A DNA stretch of 32,000 nt, from positions 1,050,001 to 1,082,000 of the forward strand of contig NC_007493.2 in assembly GCF_000012905.2 (NCBI RefSeq). Direction: 5' to 3'. Source of the stretch: Cereibacter sphaeroides 2.4.1. GTDB lineage: Bacteria > Pseudomonadota > Alphaproteobacteria > Rhodobacterales > Rhodobacteraceae. Below are positions 18,234-28,113 of this stretch, piece by piece. Position numbers and translations under genes: made by a program. The notes below the pieces were generated by a model. It was not told the DNA's origin. It did no database searches and saw nothing but the letters and a program-made list of their open reading frames with translations. Every line of letters starts with the position of its first letter. Position 1 is the first letter of the stretch.

Positions 18234-20294
18234 TCAGAACTCCATCGAGAACGTGCCCCCGGAGGTGCCGATGTCCACGGCTTCCTCCGGAGCTATGATC
18301 AGCGCGATGCGTCCGTCGCCCAGGATGGTGGCAGCGGCCACCCCCGGAATGCGGCCGTATCCGTTCTCGAGACCTTTGATCACCACCTGACGCTGGTCAT
18401 GGATGGTGTCGACGACAAGAGCGCAGAGCTTCTGGCGAGCCGTCTCCACCAGAAGTAGAACGCTCTCCTCATAGCTGCGCACGGGCGCGCGAAATCCGAA
18501 GATGGACCCGCAATCGACGATCGGAACCAGACTGCCGCGGATAGCGACCACCTGATCGCCAGATCCCAGGATATGAATGTCGGCGGGGCGCGGGCGCAAT
18601 GTCTCGACGATGGCTGCGACGGGCACCACCATCGTCTGACCGCCCACATCGACCACCATTCCATCAAGCACCGCAAGCGTCAGCGGCAGGCTGATGGTAA
18701 AGGTGGTGCCCACGCCTGGGTCCGAGGCGATGGTGATGCGCCCGCCCAGCGACTCGATGGCGCTCTTGACGACGTCCATGCCCACGCCGCGGCCGGACAA
18801 GTCGGAGACGACGGAGGCGGTGGAGAAGCCCGGCATGAAGAGCAACCCGTCGATCTCCTCTTCCGTCAATTGCGCATCCGGGGCCACGAGACCCTTGCCG
18901 CGGGCGATCTCGAGCACGCGCGGCCGATTGATGCCGCCGCCGTCGTCCTTGATCTCGATGAGCACCCGGCCGGATCGATGGGCTGCGGTGAGCGTGATCA
19001 GTCCGACGGGGGGCTTGCCGAGATGGAGACGCCTGTCTGCCGGTTCGATGCCGTGATCGACCGCATTGCGGATCATGTGCGTAAGCGGGTCGGCAAGCCG
19101 CTCGATGACGGTCTTGTCCACTTCGGTGCTCTCGCCTTCGGTGACCAGCCTGATCTGCTTCTGGGCGATTTCCGAGGCCTCGCGGGCGATGCGCGACATC
19201 CGCTGGAAGAGCGGCTTGATTGCCTGCGCCCGGATGGCCATCACGCTCTCCTGGATTTCCCGCGCGAGGTTGCGGAAGTCATCGAGCCGATTGCGAACAG
19301 GGGAGCGCGGCGGCACGCCCTCGTCCTGAACGCACTGAGAAAGCATGGCCTGATTGATCACCAGCTCGCCCACAATGTTGATCAGGCGATCGACGCGATC
19401 GAGTTCCACTCTTACGGTGGCGCGCGGCGAGGAGGTCCGGTGGTCCTCCGCAGGAGACTTTTTTGCCGCTGCGGGTCCCGAAGCCGGAGGATCAGGTTCA
19501 GGATCGGGCTCGGGATCCGGGTCCGTCCTGGGCGCTTCCATGGCCATCGGGCGGATTTCGAGCCTGCAGAGATCCTCGACGAATTCGAATACTTCGTCGA
19601 TCTGGTGCTCCGGTTCATCCGTTTCGAGCGTGAGATGCCAATCGAGCCAGCTCTCTTGCCAGTCGAGAGCGTCGAAATCCGGCAGACGGGACCGATCCAG
19701 CCGCACCTCCATCCGGCCGAGGTCGCTCAGGACGCGGAACAGGATGCTCGTATCGTTTCCGCAGGCATAGAGGGCGCGTGTCGGGCTGAAGTCGATCGAG
19801 TAGCAACCCGATTGCCCCTCGTCCGGAGCCGCCGCCGGCAGATCGAGATCCAGCGGCATCGGCACGAAGCCCAAATCCTCTGCATCGGCTTCCCCAGCCT
19901 CTTCCTCTCCCGCCGCTTGTGCGAGCTGCGCTACGAGATCATCGGGATCGATGGTCGCTGTCTCGGATCCTGTCCGGGCCGCCTGCAATAGATCGGACAG
20001 TCGATCCGCGGCCTTGTGCAGTAGGGCCAGAAGTGGAGGATCGGCGGAAACGCGACCGGCGCGAAGGGCGTCGAGCGTCGTCTCGAACTGGTGGGCAAAC
20101 CTGACGAGCGCGTCGAGCTTGAACGCCCCGGCGCCCCCCTTGATCGAGTGGACGGCGCGGAAGACGGCGTTTACCGTTTCGTCGTCATGCCCGTCGTCCA
20201 GCATATCCTCGATACGATCGAGCCCCTCGTTGAGGGCCTCCATGAGATCCTCGCACTCGACGAAGAAGGCGCTGCGAATATCGCTTTGATCCAT
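18234..20294 (-). CDS. cheA: Chemotaxis histidine kinase CheA
   Basis: Domains seen are Hpt ([12 protein letters not shown]), N-box ([12 protein letters not shown]), G1 (DDGGGIN), G2 (GRGVGMDVV) and a C-terminal CheW-like domain. The inter-domain linker contains [13 protein letters not shown] (about 19487-19528). I prefer the ATG at 20294 ([11 protein letters not shown]) to the upstream start at 20348. Confidence 0.92.
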   Translation of the reverse strand: MDQSDIRSAFFVECEDLMEALNEGLDRIEDMLDDGHDDETVNAVFRAVHSIKGGAGAFKLDALVRFAHQFETTLDALRAGRVSADPPLLALLHKAADRLSDLLQAARTGSETATIDPDDLVAQLAQAAGEEEAGEADAEDLGFVPMPLDLDLPAAAPDEGQSGCYSIDFSPTRALYACGNDTSILFRVLSDLGRMEVRLDRSRLPDFDALDWQESWLDWHLTLETDEPEHQIDEVFEFVEDLCRLEIRPMAMEAPRTDPDPEPDPEPDPPASGPAAAKKSPAEDHRTSSPRATVRVELDRVDRLINIVGELVINQAMLSQCVQDEGVPPRSPVRNRLDDFRNLAREIQESVMAIRAQAIKPLFQRMSRIAREASEIAQKQIRLVTEGESTEVDKTVIERLADPLTHMIRNAVDHGIEPADRRLHLGKPPVGLITLTAAHRSGRVLIEIKDDGGGINRPRVLEIARGKGLVAPDAQLTEEEIDGLLFMPGFSTASVVSDLSGRGVGMDVVKSAIESLGGRITIASDPGVGTTFTISLPLTLAVLDGMVVDVGGQTMVVPVAAIVETLRPRPADIHILGSGDQVVAIRGSLVPIVDCGSIFGFRAPVRSYEESVLLLVETARQKLCALVVDTIHDQRQVVIKGLENGYGRIPGVAAATILGDGRIALIIAPEEAVDIGTSGGTFSMEF

Positions 20295-20301
20295 GATGCC
20301 C

Positions 20302-20670
20302 TCACGCGACCGCCACGCGCCGCAGGGCGGAAACCAGCTTCGCTTCATCGAAAGGCTTCACGATCCACGCGGTTGCACCTGCCTCGCGCGCTTTGGCCTT
20401 CAGCTCGGCCGCACTTTCGGTCGTCAGCACGATGATGGGCAAGGCCGAATGCTGCGGTTGCTCACGGACTGCTCGGATGAAGCCGAAGCCGTCCATGCGC
20501 GGCATGTTGATGTCCGTGATGACGGCATGAGGCTTGGCCGCCTCCAGCTTTTCGAGCCCGTCGAGCCCGTCGATGGCGAGATGAACCTCGAAGCCGGCCT
20601 GCATCAGAGCTTCTCGCAACAGTTCCCGGATGGTGCGGGAGTCGTCGATGGCAAGAACGGTCAGCGGCAT
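20302..20670 (-). CDS. cheY: CheY-type response regulator immediately upstream of cheA
   Basis: This 122-aa protein has AIDDSRT, VITDINMP, IVLTTES and VKPF. Its ATG at 20670 overlaps the STAS ORF by 10 nt. Confidence 0.9.
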   Translation of the reverse strand: MPLTVLAIDDSRTIRELLREALMQAGFEVHLAIDGLDGLEKLEAAKPHAVITDINMPRMDGFGFIRAVREQPQHSALPIIVLTTESAAELKAKAREAGATAWIVKPFDEAKLVSALRRVAVA

Positions 20671-20945
20671 GATCCTTGATCCTCCTGAAACTCTTTGGGG
20701 TCCACGCCAAGGCGGGTGACGTCGTCCGTGAAGGCGGGCGACATGGGCTGACATGTGAATTGGTGACCTTCCGCGCGCCACTTGGCGGCAGCGGCAAGAA
20801 GGAGCTGAAGCGCCAGGCCACCGACAAAGCTGACCTGTCCGGCCGCCAGGCATGTGTCTCCGGGCGGCATGCTGAGCAGAGCTGCATAAAGTTGTCGCGC
20901 CCCTTGGTGGTCGAGACGTGCGGGAAGGTCCAGACGGTTCTTCAT
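20661..20945 (-). CDS. STAS-fold (STAS_2/MlaB-like) small protein; positionally equivalent to S. meliloti CheS (orf2)
   Basis: This 94-aa protein follows the pattern LDLPARLDHQGARQLYAALL...GQVSFVGGLALQLLLAAAAKWRAEGHQF, typical of non-phosphorylatable STAS domains. Its ATG overlaps the cheD stop (ATGA). Confidence 0.6.
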   Translation of the reverse strand: MKNRLDLPARLDHQGARQLYAALLSMPPGDTCLAAGQVSFVGGLALQLLLAAAAKWRAEGHQFTCQPMSPAFTDDVTRLGVDPKEFQEDQGSCR

Positions 20946-21541
20946 CTCGGTTCCTTGATCGGATCGGGCATTTCGGCGTTGTTATGTCGGTCGAAGAAGG
21001 TGACGTCGCCGGCGCCACCCTGAAGGCGGAATTGCGGTTGTTCGTTCGGCACCACATCCTCGCTGCCCAAGAACATCTGCTGGACGCGCCCCGTCTTGGG
21101 CCAGAACCGGATGCGCCTGGCCCGATTGCCCCCCAGACTGTGAGCCGTGCAGCGGATCCCCTCATCTTTGAGATAGCGCCGGGCGAAAGCAGCATTTGCT
21201 TGACCGATCGCCCCCAGCTGCGGCGTCATCATTGCGCCGCCGAAGATCTTGGCTTCTATCCGCTGCCGGGCGGCGCCCAGCTTGAGAAGCGCATTGATCA
21301 GCAGTTCCATTGCATGGGAGCCGTAACGGAGGTGCTGGGCATCTTCGACGTCGGCTGAAGGCAACAGGAAGTGGTTCATCCCCCCCACGCCGGCCACCGG
21401 ATCGCACATGCAGGTGCAGATGCAGGACCCAAGGATCGTCGCATAGACCTCGTTCGGGGATGAGGAGGCAACACAGCTTCCTTGGGTCACATGCGTGATG
21501 CTTATCTGGCTGGCTGAAGGACTGTCGTCGCAACGGGTCAT
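20942..21541 (-). CDS. cheD: Chemoreceptor glutamine deamidase CheD
   Basis: The CheD catalytic region ILGSCICTCMCDPVAGVGGMNHFLLP is present. The protein is 199 aa. Confidence 0.9.
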   Translation of the reverse strand: MTRCDDSPSASQISITHVTQGSCVASSSPNEVYATILGSCICTCMCDPVAGVGGMNHFLLPSADVEDAQHLRYGSHAMELLINALLKLGAARQRIEAKIFGGAMMTPQLGAIGQANAAFARRYLKDEGIRCTAHSLGGNRARRIRFWPKTGRVQQMFLGSEDVVPNEQPQFRLQGGAGDVTFFDRHNNAEMPDPIKEPR

Positions 21542-21663
21542 GGGTGGGGCTCGCAGGTGCAGAGCAGAGGTCCGGGCGGCCTTGAGAGCATATTCATGTC
21601 AAAAGTCCTCCCATCCGGGCTCTGCCCGCGCGAGCGCCCTGGAGTTATGTGGCGTCGCCGCTG

Positions 21664-23976
21664 TCAGGGGGGGGTGGGGCGGTTGCGCTTGGCAGGAGCG
21701 TCCAGGTGAAACTGCTGCACCGTCTCGAAGAGCGCGTTGGCGCTCGTCGTAAGCGACTCGCTTGCGGCGGTCGCCTCCTCGAGACGCGCCGCATTCTGCT
21801 GGGTTGACTGGTCGAGGTTGTTCACCGCGCAGTTGATCTCCGCGAGAGACACAGACTGCTGCCTCGACGACACGGCGATATCGGAGACCAGAGTCGAGAT
21901 TTCGGAAACCGAGGATACGATCTGCTTCAACGCGTCACCCGTCTTTCCAACCAGATCCACGCCGCGCCGCACCTGGTTGCCGCTCTTCAGGATGAGGTCC
22001 GTGATCTCTCTCGCAGCTTCGGAAGACCTTTGAGCGAGCGCCCGCACTTCGGAGGCGACGACCGCAAATCCGCGGCCGGCGTCTCCTGCCCTGGCGGCCT
22101 CTACGCCGGCATTGAGCGCCAACAGATTTGTCTGAAACGCGATGTCGTCGATCACTTTCACGATCGAGGTGATCTTGTCGGATGAGGCGGCAATCATGTC
22201 CATCGCTGCCACTGTCTCGACGACGACATGCCCGCTCTCCTCAGCGTTCGCCCGCGCGTCGGCGACCACCCGATCTGCTTCTGCGGCGCCGTCCGCAGCG
22301 GACCGGACCGAAACTGTTAGCCCGTCAAGCGCTGCCGCTGTCTCTTCCAGAGTGGCGGCGGTGCTTTCCGTTCTTTGAGCCAGAGATTGTGCAGCGGAAC
22401 TGATGTCTCGGGCTTCGTTGCGGATGCTTTCAGCGGCAGAGATCACGTCTTCGACGAGAGAGGCGAGCCCTTGCAGGGCGCTGTTGAAATCCGGGCGCAG
22501 GGCTTCGAAGGGTTCGGGAAGCGGATGATCCAGACGGGATCCGAGATCACCTTGGGCAAGCTGCCGAAGCGCTGAAATCAGCCGCTCAGGTGCCGGCGGA
22601 GGCTGGTCCGCAGCGGCAGTCGTCGGTGCCTGCGCGTACTGGTGGCGGATCTCCGTCACTAGGACCAAGTTGCCGCCGCCCGGTCGTCGCAGGATCGAGA
22701 TGCCGACCTGCACCTGGTCTGAACCATAGCCCTCTTGGCTCAGGAAACTGCGCCCTTCGCCGTCCCGTTCGATCGCCGCAAGGAGTTCGGCACTGTCCGG
22801 CGTTGCCTCGAGCAGGGAGCGCAGCGAGGCCCCCGAGGATCCGAAGAGCTTCGCAAAGCCGTCGCTCGCCTTTATCATCTGACCTCTGATGTCATAAGTC
22901 GCGGCGATGGCTTCGCGAATGACCCCTTGGAGGAGGAGGTCAAGTTGTGTCTCTTCGGTCCGGTCGGTGAAACTAAGGACCTCGGCACCCGTTGCGCCGA
23001 CGGGAGCCCGTGTCACCTGATATTGGCGTCCCCCGATCGCCAGGGACATCGTCCTGCCTGTATGGTCCGGCCAAGCCCGTGCGAGATCATGGTGAAGACT
23101 TGCAACCGGTTGACCTTCGAGAAGTGGCTCCGGCAGGCCCGCAACCACCTGCCGCGCGGGGTGGTTCATCATGAGCACGCGACGATCGCTGGCGACGAGG
23201 ATCCAGGGGGCTGGGAGGGCGTCGAGTGCCATGGCTCGGCTATGCGCGGCCTCGAACTGCTCCCGCTCGCCCTGCAGAGCGGCGGACAGGGCATCGATCT
23301 CGTCCGCAAGCGTTGGGATCGACAGCTCGATCCGCGTCATGGCGGTGGCGTCGGGTCTCTGGTTGTTCTTGATCCGCCGGGTCGTCTCGATGAGCAGCCG
23401 CTCGGTCTCTTTTCGGCGCCTCCAGAGATGCCCCGCAATCCCCATTGAGATCATCAGGCCCGCGACCAGTGCGGTTGCCGGCATCAGCAATGCGTAGGAG
23501 CCATTCAGCGCGGGCAGAGACACGGCAAAGACGCCGGCGAGAGAGTCGTCCCCCTCGCGGGTGACCGGGATGGCAATGGAGGTGCCGCCCTTGGCCTTCA
23601 CGGGAGCCCCCGCGGTCATTGCGCTCAGCGCTTGGGCCTGCAGGTTCTCGGCGCCGGCCAGATCCGCCGGCATCGAGGCAATGACGCGTCCCTCCACATC
23701 CATCGCGAGAGCCGAGAAGGTTTCGCCCGGATAAGTTGCGGCGGCCGCGCCGAACAGTTGCGACAAACGATGACCATCGCGGAAGGCAAGGGCCGCGCGC
23801 CCTTCGGCCGCAATCAGCCTTGAGAAGGCCTGCGTCTGTTGTTCCGTTGCGCGTAGCGCCCCTTCGTGGTTGAGCCAGAGCGCGGTTGCGATGCCGAGCA
23901 ACATGGGCAAGGGCATACCCAGAAGCACCAGAGGCTGCTTGAAGCGCCATAAGCGCGAAGGGTCGGTGCGGTTCAT
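21664..23976 (-). CDS. Transmembrane methyl-accepting chemotaxis protein with a periplasmic domain, two cytoplasmic PAS-like modules, HAMP and an MCP signalling domain
   Basis: Two TM segments are present ([20 protein letters not shown] and [25 protein letters not shown]). PAS-like stretches are [28 protein letters not shown] and [23 protein letters not shown]. The receptor tip is intact: [41 protein letters not shown] prefer the ATG at 23976; the TTG at 24063 is possible. Confidence 0.88.
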   Translation of the reverse strand: MNRTDPSRLWRFKQPLVLLGMPLPMLLGIATALWLNHEGALRATEQQTQAFSRLIAAEGRAALAFRDGHRLSQLFGAAAATYPGETFSALAMDVEGRVIASMPADLAGAENLQAQALSAMTAGAPVKAKGGTSIAIPVTREGDDSLAGVFAVSLPALNGSYALLMPATALVAGLMISMGIAGHLWRRRKETERLLIETTRRIKNNQRPDATAMTRIELSIPTLADEIDALSAALQGEREQFEAAHSRAMALDALPAPWILVASDRRVLMMNHPARQVVAGLPEPLLEGQPVASLHHDLARAWPDHTGRTMSLAIGGRQYQVTRAPVGATGAEVLSFTDRTEETQLDLLLQGVIREAIAATYDIRGQMIKASDGFAKLFGSSGASLRSLLEATPDSAELLAAIERDGEGRSFLSQEGYGSDQVQVGISILRRPGGGNLVLVTEIRHQYAQAPTTAAADQPPPAPERLISALRQLAQGDLGSRLDHPLPEPFEALRPDFNSALQGLASLVEDVISAAESIRNEARDISSAAQSLAQRTESTAATLEETAAALDGLTVSVRSAADGAAEADRVVADARANAEESGHVVVETVAAMDMIAASSDKITSIVKVIDDIAFQTNLLALNAGVEAARAGDAGRGFAVVASEVRALAQRSSEAAREITDLILKSGNQVRRGVDLVGKTGDALKQIVSSVSEISTLVSDIAVSSRQQSVSLAEINCAVNNLDQSTQQNAARLEEATAASESLTTSANALFETVQQFHLDAPAKRNRPTPP

Positions 23977-24082
23977 GCGGCTATCCCATGTATTGCCTGA
24001 CGGCGAGCTCTGGCCTTGGACCTTGCCTCGGTTGTGCAATTCTTGGCGCTCACCGCTTTCCAACTCGTGAAGGCTGGTGCGA

Positions 24083-25870
24083 TCAGAACAGAACGTCCAA
24101 GATGTCGTCCGCGGGCGGCGCGGTCGTCTCTGAGACCTCCTCTGCCGGATTCACGCCGAGATCCCGCAGCAGGAGATCATGCACCAGACGCTCTGCGGCC
24201 ATCGTGTAGCCTGCGCGGATCCGTTCGAGCGCGTCTCCTGTGGCTGTGGCGTTCAGGTCCCCGTCCAGACGGTTGGCCCATCGTTCCAGAGCGGGGGCCA
24301 TGGTGAGCAGGTCGGCAAATGCCGCGGAGTGGCCATCCAATGCAGCAATGCCGGTGGCCACGTCCCGCTCCGCCAGCCGGCGCTCCCGTTCGACCGTGGC
24401 ACTCGTCTGGAGGATCCCGGCCTCAATCCCGGACAGCAGCGAGAAGACCCGGTCGCCGGCACCTGTGAGATCGTGCAGATCCTGCTTGAACGGCCCTTCG
24501 AGTTCGACGGCCGTAATGACGGCTTCGTCGCTCATCGCGGAGAGGCTTCGGGTGATGCTCCCCAGACGTTCGGCCGATGTGGAGGCCAGTTCCCGCAGCT
24601 GGAAGGAGATCTCGCGCAGGGCCAGCGCCTCGTCGCCGAGCTGCACGCAGGCGATGACGGCGTTCAGTCCGATCATGCTCATCCGCTCTTCGACCCCGGA
24701 CATGCGCTCGAGAATAGGGAGCAACTCGGCCAGTCCGCTGGAGAGGTTGCGAGCCACCGACACGAGGCGCGTCTGCGCGGTTCGGCATTCGTCGAGGATC
24801 GCCTGAAGTTGCTGAAGATGCTGTTTGAGGTTATGGCGCGGCGATGTTCCTACACGTCCGCTGATCCTGCCGATCTCCGCGGTCGCCTGGCCTGAGTCGC
24901 GGAGGGCGGATCGGGCCGTCACGATCGCGGCCGCATGCCGTTCGTGCGCGTCGCGCAGATGGGCTGCGGCGAGCGCCAGCGTGATCCGCGCCAGCGCTCC
25001 GTCTGCCGTCTCCTGCGCTGCCGTGCCGTCCATCATGTCGGCCACATGTTCCAACCGTTGCCGCGTCGTGTCGCCGATCTGGAGCGACAGCACGGCCGTG
25101 GTGACCGCACGGCGGAACTCGTCGCCATGGGTCATGAGGATGCTTCCGTCTGCCGTGGTACGCGTCAGATCCTTCTCGAAGGCATCCATGTCGAGACGCA
25201 GGCCTGCGAGCGCAGGACCGAGCTGACGGCGCAGGAGGTGTGACAGGTTGCCGGCCTCGGCCGAGGCCAGGTGCAGTCTGCGCGCCATGTGCTCGACCGC
25301 TTCGGTGATCTGGCCGATCGTATCGCCTGCCTCCATCACCTGGGCCGTGGCCGCCGTTGTGAAGACTTCCAGACTGGAATTCTGGCCCGCGAGCGTCGCC
25401 ACCGTCACACGGGCATTGAGCGCGACGATGGACATGGTACGGATGACCTGACGCATGACGCTCAGGTCCGTGCCCAGGGTTTCGGCCGCGGCGGAGAGGG
25501 TTTCGATCCTTTCGAGGAGCGGGCCGCTGTTGGCGGCGAAGAGGGCGGCCCGTTCCTCGAGACCCGCAGCGTCGGCGCTCGCTTGGGCGAACTCTCCGGC
25601 ATCGGCGACCGCTGCCAGTTGCGCCAGAGGAGCGGACAATCGGTCGAAGCGGGAGATGGCCCGTTCGAGGCTGGCGCCAGCTCGAAGGAAGGCCTTCTCT
25701 GTGGCGCTGGCGAGGCCGGACACGCGGCTGGCCGCCTTGCGCATCGCTGGCGTCGAGACCCTGCGTCGGCCGTTGGCCCTGTCGAAGGTGCCCTCGCCAG
25801 GCGGGGCGACAGGGCCAGGCTGGTGGGCCGTCGCCGTAGCTTCACCTGGGAGCGGAGTAGAAAGCGCCAT
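24083..25870 (-). CDS. Soluble 595-aa all-helical receptor-like protein (TlpS/IcpA-like) with degenerate MCP tip motifs
   Basis: There is no hydrophobic TM segment and no HAMP domain. Two tip-like motifs ([24 protein letters not shown] and [32 protein letters not shown]) align with the canonical [30 protein letters not shown], but most invariant residues are replaced. The ATG is at 25870; an alternative Met is at residue 43. Confidence 0.7.
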   Translation of the reverse strand: MALSTPLPGEATATAHQPGPVAPPGEGTFDRANGRRRVSTPAMRKAASRVSGLASATEKAFLRAGASLERAISRFDRLSAPLAQLAAVADAGEFAQASADAAGLEERAALFAANSGPLLERIETLSAAAETLGTDLSVMRQVIRTMSIVALNARVTVATLAGQNSSLEVFTTAATAQVMEAGDTIGQITEAVEHMARRLHLASAEAGNLSHLLRRQLGPALAGLRLDMDAFEKDLTRTTADGSILMTHGDEFRRAVTTAVLSLQIGDTTRQRLEHVADMMDGTAAQETADGALARITLALAAAHLRDAHERHAAAIVTARSALRDSGQATAEIGRISGRVGTSPRHNLKQHLQQLQAILDECRTAQTRLVSVARNLSSGLAELLPILERMSGVEERMSMIGLNAVIACVQLGDEALALREISFQLRELASTSAERLGSITRSLSAMSDEAVITAVELEGPFKQDLHDLTGAGDRVFSLLSGIEAGILQTSATVERERRLAERDVATGIAALDGHSAAFADLLTMAPALERWANRLDGDLNATATGDALERIRAGYTMAAERLVHDLLLRDLGVNPAEEVSETTAPPADDILDVLF

Positions 25871-25973
25871 TCGGGAACCTGTTTGCTGGGGGCGGGACAG
25901 AAGCCGGTGCAGCCGGCGAATGCGGGGAGGGCAGGCAGCTCGGGCGTCTCGATCGTGGGATCAAGGGCGCGGG

Positions 25974-27656
25974 TCAGGCCGCATGGTCGGTGGCGTGGCG
26001 GCGAAAATCCGCATCAAGGTCGTCGCCATTGCCGTCCAGATCGAACTGGAAGCCGCCGGGAGACTGCGTCACCGGACGCGATTTGGCGGAACGACGGGGC
26101 AGCTCCGAGCGGTTGGGAAGCTGGGCTGTCGGGAGGCTTTCCTGCGACGGGACAACCTCGGGGCCCCTGTCGGTCGTGAAAAAGCCGATTGCTGTCCGCA
26201 GCTGTTCGGCCTGTCCGGCCAGCTGGCCGGCCGTCGCAGACAGTTGCTCGGATGCGGTGCTGTTGCTTTGGGTGACCTGATCGAGTTGCTGGATCGCCGT
26301 GTTCACCTGTGCCACGCCGGCCGCCTGCTCCTGCGCGGAGGTCGAGATCTCGAGCACGAGGCGGGCCGTCTCCTCGATGTCCGGCACGAGCTGCGAGAGA
26401 CGCCCGCCGGCGGTCTGGGCCGCCTCGACCGTCGCCGCGGAGAGGACGGAAATCTCGGTTGCCGCGGCGCGGCTGCGCTCGGCAAGCTTGCGCACCTCGG
26501 CCGCCACCACGGCGAAGCCGCGGCCATGCTCCCCGGCCCGGGCGGCCTCGACGGCGGCATTGAGCGCGAGGAGATCCGTCTGGCGCGCGATCTCCTGCAC
26601 GATGCCGATCTTCTGCGAGATGGTGCGCACGGCCTCCACCGCCTCGACCATCGTCGTGCCGCTCTCGTGGGCCGCGAGCGCCGACTGCCGGGCCCGGGAC
26701 TCGGTATCGGCGGCATTCTGCGCCGATTGCTTGATGTTGGCGGTCATCTCTTCCATGGAGGAGGAGGCCTGCAGCGTGGCGCTGGCCTGTTCGGCGGCCC
26801 CCTGACTCAGTTTCACGGCCGTGGAGGACATCTCGTCGGCGCCTGCGGCCACGGTGCGCGTGGATCTTGCGACGTCGTTCACCACCGTGCGGAGCTTCGT
26901 CACCATGCCGTTCAACGAGGCGATCAGATCGCCGATCTCGTCTCGTTGCGACTGGGGCTCGGTCTGGGACAGATCCCCCGCGGCGACGCGCTCGGACAGG
27001 CGCAGCGCCCGTTTCAAGCCGGTGGAAAGGGTTACCACGATCCAGCTGCCGGCTGCGGCAACGAGAAGGATGTTGGCAAGGAAGGCGCCCAGAACCGTGA
27101 GGCGGCTGATCTCCTGCTGGCGCTGGGCCTCGGCCGACGCGTCGGTCAGCTGCTGCGTGTGGTGGGCCAGGAGCGCGCTCAGGCGCGTCTCCATCGCGAG
27201 CCACTGCTCGCGACCCTGCGTCACGACGATCGTGAATCCCTCGTAACCAAGCCCCATCCGCGCCATCTCGATCGCCTTTTCGTCGATCCTGGCGAGTCGC
27301 TCCTTCGCTTCCTGGACCTCGGCGAGGCGGGCGCGCGTCTCCGCATCGGCGGAGGCCTCAAGGGCGGCGAAGGCCTGCTCGCTGCCGGCAGAGGCGGTCG
27401 CCAGGCGGTCGTCGATGGCCCGGCGCTCTTCCTTGGTGCGCGACAGGAGGTAGTTGCGGATCTCGCGCTGTGTCTTCAGCCGGTTCTCGATCAGCTGGTA
27501 AGTCATCTCCACCTGCTTGACCTTGGTGTGCACGATGTCGTCGAGCGAGGCGCGGATCTGGTCGAGGTCGCGCAGGGCCACCATCTGCCCGCCTCCCGAG
27601 ACGAGCAGCACGGCGAGGAACACTCCGGCGAGCTTCAGCTTGATGGACAGTCTCAT
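25974..27656 (-). CDS. Transmembrane methyl-accepting chemotaxis protein (periplasmic four-helix-bundle type, HAMP, MCP signalling domain)
   Basis: TM1 is [20 protein letters not shown] and TM2 is [25 protein letters not shown]. The HAMP region is [13 protein letters not shown]...[15 protein letters not shown]. The receptor tip is intact: [40 protein letters not shown]. Confidence 0.9.
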   Translation of the reverse strand: MRLSIKLKLAGVFLAVLLVSGGGQMVALRDLDQIRASLDDIVHTKVKQVEMTYQLIENRLKTQREIRNYLLSRTKEERRAIDDRLATASAGSEQAFAALEASADAETRARLAEVQEAKERLARIDEKAIEMARMGLGYEGFTIVVTQGREQWLAMETRLSALLAHHTQQLTDASAEAQRQQEISRLTVLGAFLANILLVAAAGSWIVVTLSTGLKRALRLSERVAAGDLSQTEPQSQRDEIGDLIASLNGMVTKLRTVVNDVARSTRTVAAGADEMSSTAVKLSQGAAEQASATLQASSSMEEMTANIKQSAQNAADTESRARQSALAAHESGTTMVEAVEAVRTISQKIGIVQEIARQTDLLALNAAVEAARAGEHGRGFAVVAAEVRKLAERSRAAATEISVLSAATVEAAQTAGGRLSQLVPDIEETARLVLEISTSAQEQAAGVAQVNTAIQQLDQVTQSNSTASEQLSATAGQLAGQAEQLRTAIGFFTTDRGPEVVPSQESLPTAQLPNRSELPRRSAKSRPVTQSPGGFQFDLDGNGDDLDADFRRHATDHAA

Positions 27657-27744
27657 CGCTACAGGGATCCTTCTTGTCGGGGGCGGGAGGTGGCCCGCGA
27701 TTCGGGACGCCGGGCGCAGACGGTGCGGCCGGCGGGGCCTTGCC

Positions 27745-28113
27745 TCAGGCGCCGGCCACCTTCTTGACGACGGCCAGAAGCTGAGCCTGATCGAACGGCT
27801 TGATCATCCAGCCGATGGCCCCGGCCTCCTTGGCCTGCGCCTTCAACGTGTCCTGCGACTCCGTCGACAGGAAGACGATGGGCACGCCCTTGCCCTCGGG
27901 CAGGGTGCGGAACTTGCGGATGAAGCCTATCCCGTCGAGGCGCGGCATGTTCTGATCGGTCAGGATGGCATCGAAGCGCTGGGCCGTGGCCTTCTCGAGC
28001 GCATCCTGCCCGTCCACCGCCTCGACCACCGTATAGCCGGCGCCGACGAGGGTCAGTCGCACCATCTGCCGGACGGAGGGAGAATCATCCACCGCGAGGA
28101 TCGTCTTGCTCAT
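27745..28113 (-). CDS. cheY: CheY-type response regulator (first CheY of the cluster)
   Basis: This 122-aa protein has [22 protein letters not shown] and IKPF. Its ATG overlaps the stop of the upstream STAS ORF (ATGA at 28110-28113). Confidence 0.9.
   Translation of the reverse strand: MSKTILAVDDSPSVRQMVRLTLVGAGYTVVEAVDGQDALEKATAQRFDAILTDQNMPRLDGIGFIRKFRTLPEGKGVPIVFLSTESQDTLKAQAKEAGAIGWMIKPFDQAQLLAVVKKVAGA

Noticed and set aside
19487-19528. A hexanucleotide-like repeat encoding [12 protein letters not shown] in the cheA linker, as a possible contingency locus
   Set aside because: The repeat units are imperfect at the DNA level (GAC CCG GAT CCC GAG CCC GAT CCT GAA CCT GAT CCT) and in frame. 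It looks like an ordinary flexible inter-domain linker rather than a slippage-prone tract.
20295-20348. N-terminal extensions of cheA (to 20348), the antiporter (to 10724), the first MCP (to 24063), glgE (from 28520), the SIMPL gene (from 13837) and the STAS gene (to 28493)
   Set aside because: The extensions overlap upstream genes or lack family-typical sequence. Internal ATG codons with SD-like sequences give N-termini that match how these families normally begin. The MCP TTG at 24063 remains a possible alternative.
25974-26060. The acidic DDLDADF stretch near the C-terminus of the 560-aa MCP, as a second CheZ-tail-like or pentapeptide tether
   Set aside because: It is not at the extreme C-terminus, because 11 more residues follow. 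The match to either NWETF-type tethers or the CheZ tail is too weak to report as a finding.
25455-27767. A 770-aa plus-strand ORF, plus the similar ORFs 28697..30640 (-), 14006..16174 (-), 18573..19991 (+), 30700..31968 (-) and 6753..7705 (both strands)
   Set aside because: Each lies opposite to, or out of frame with, a gene carrying strong family motifs (MCP, GlgE, MetY, CheA, TreS, CobS). Each translates to Arg/Gly/Pro-rich sequence with no motifs.
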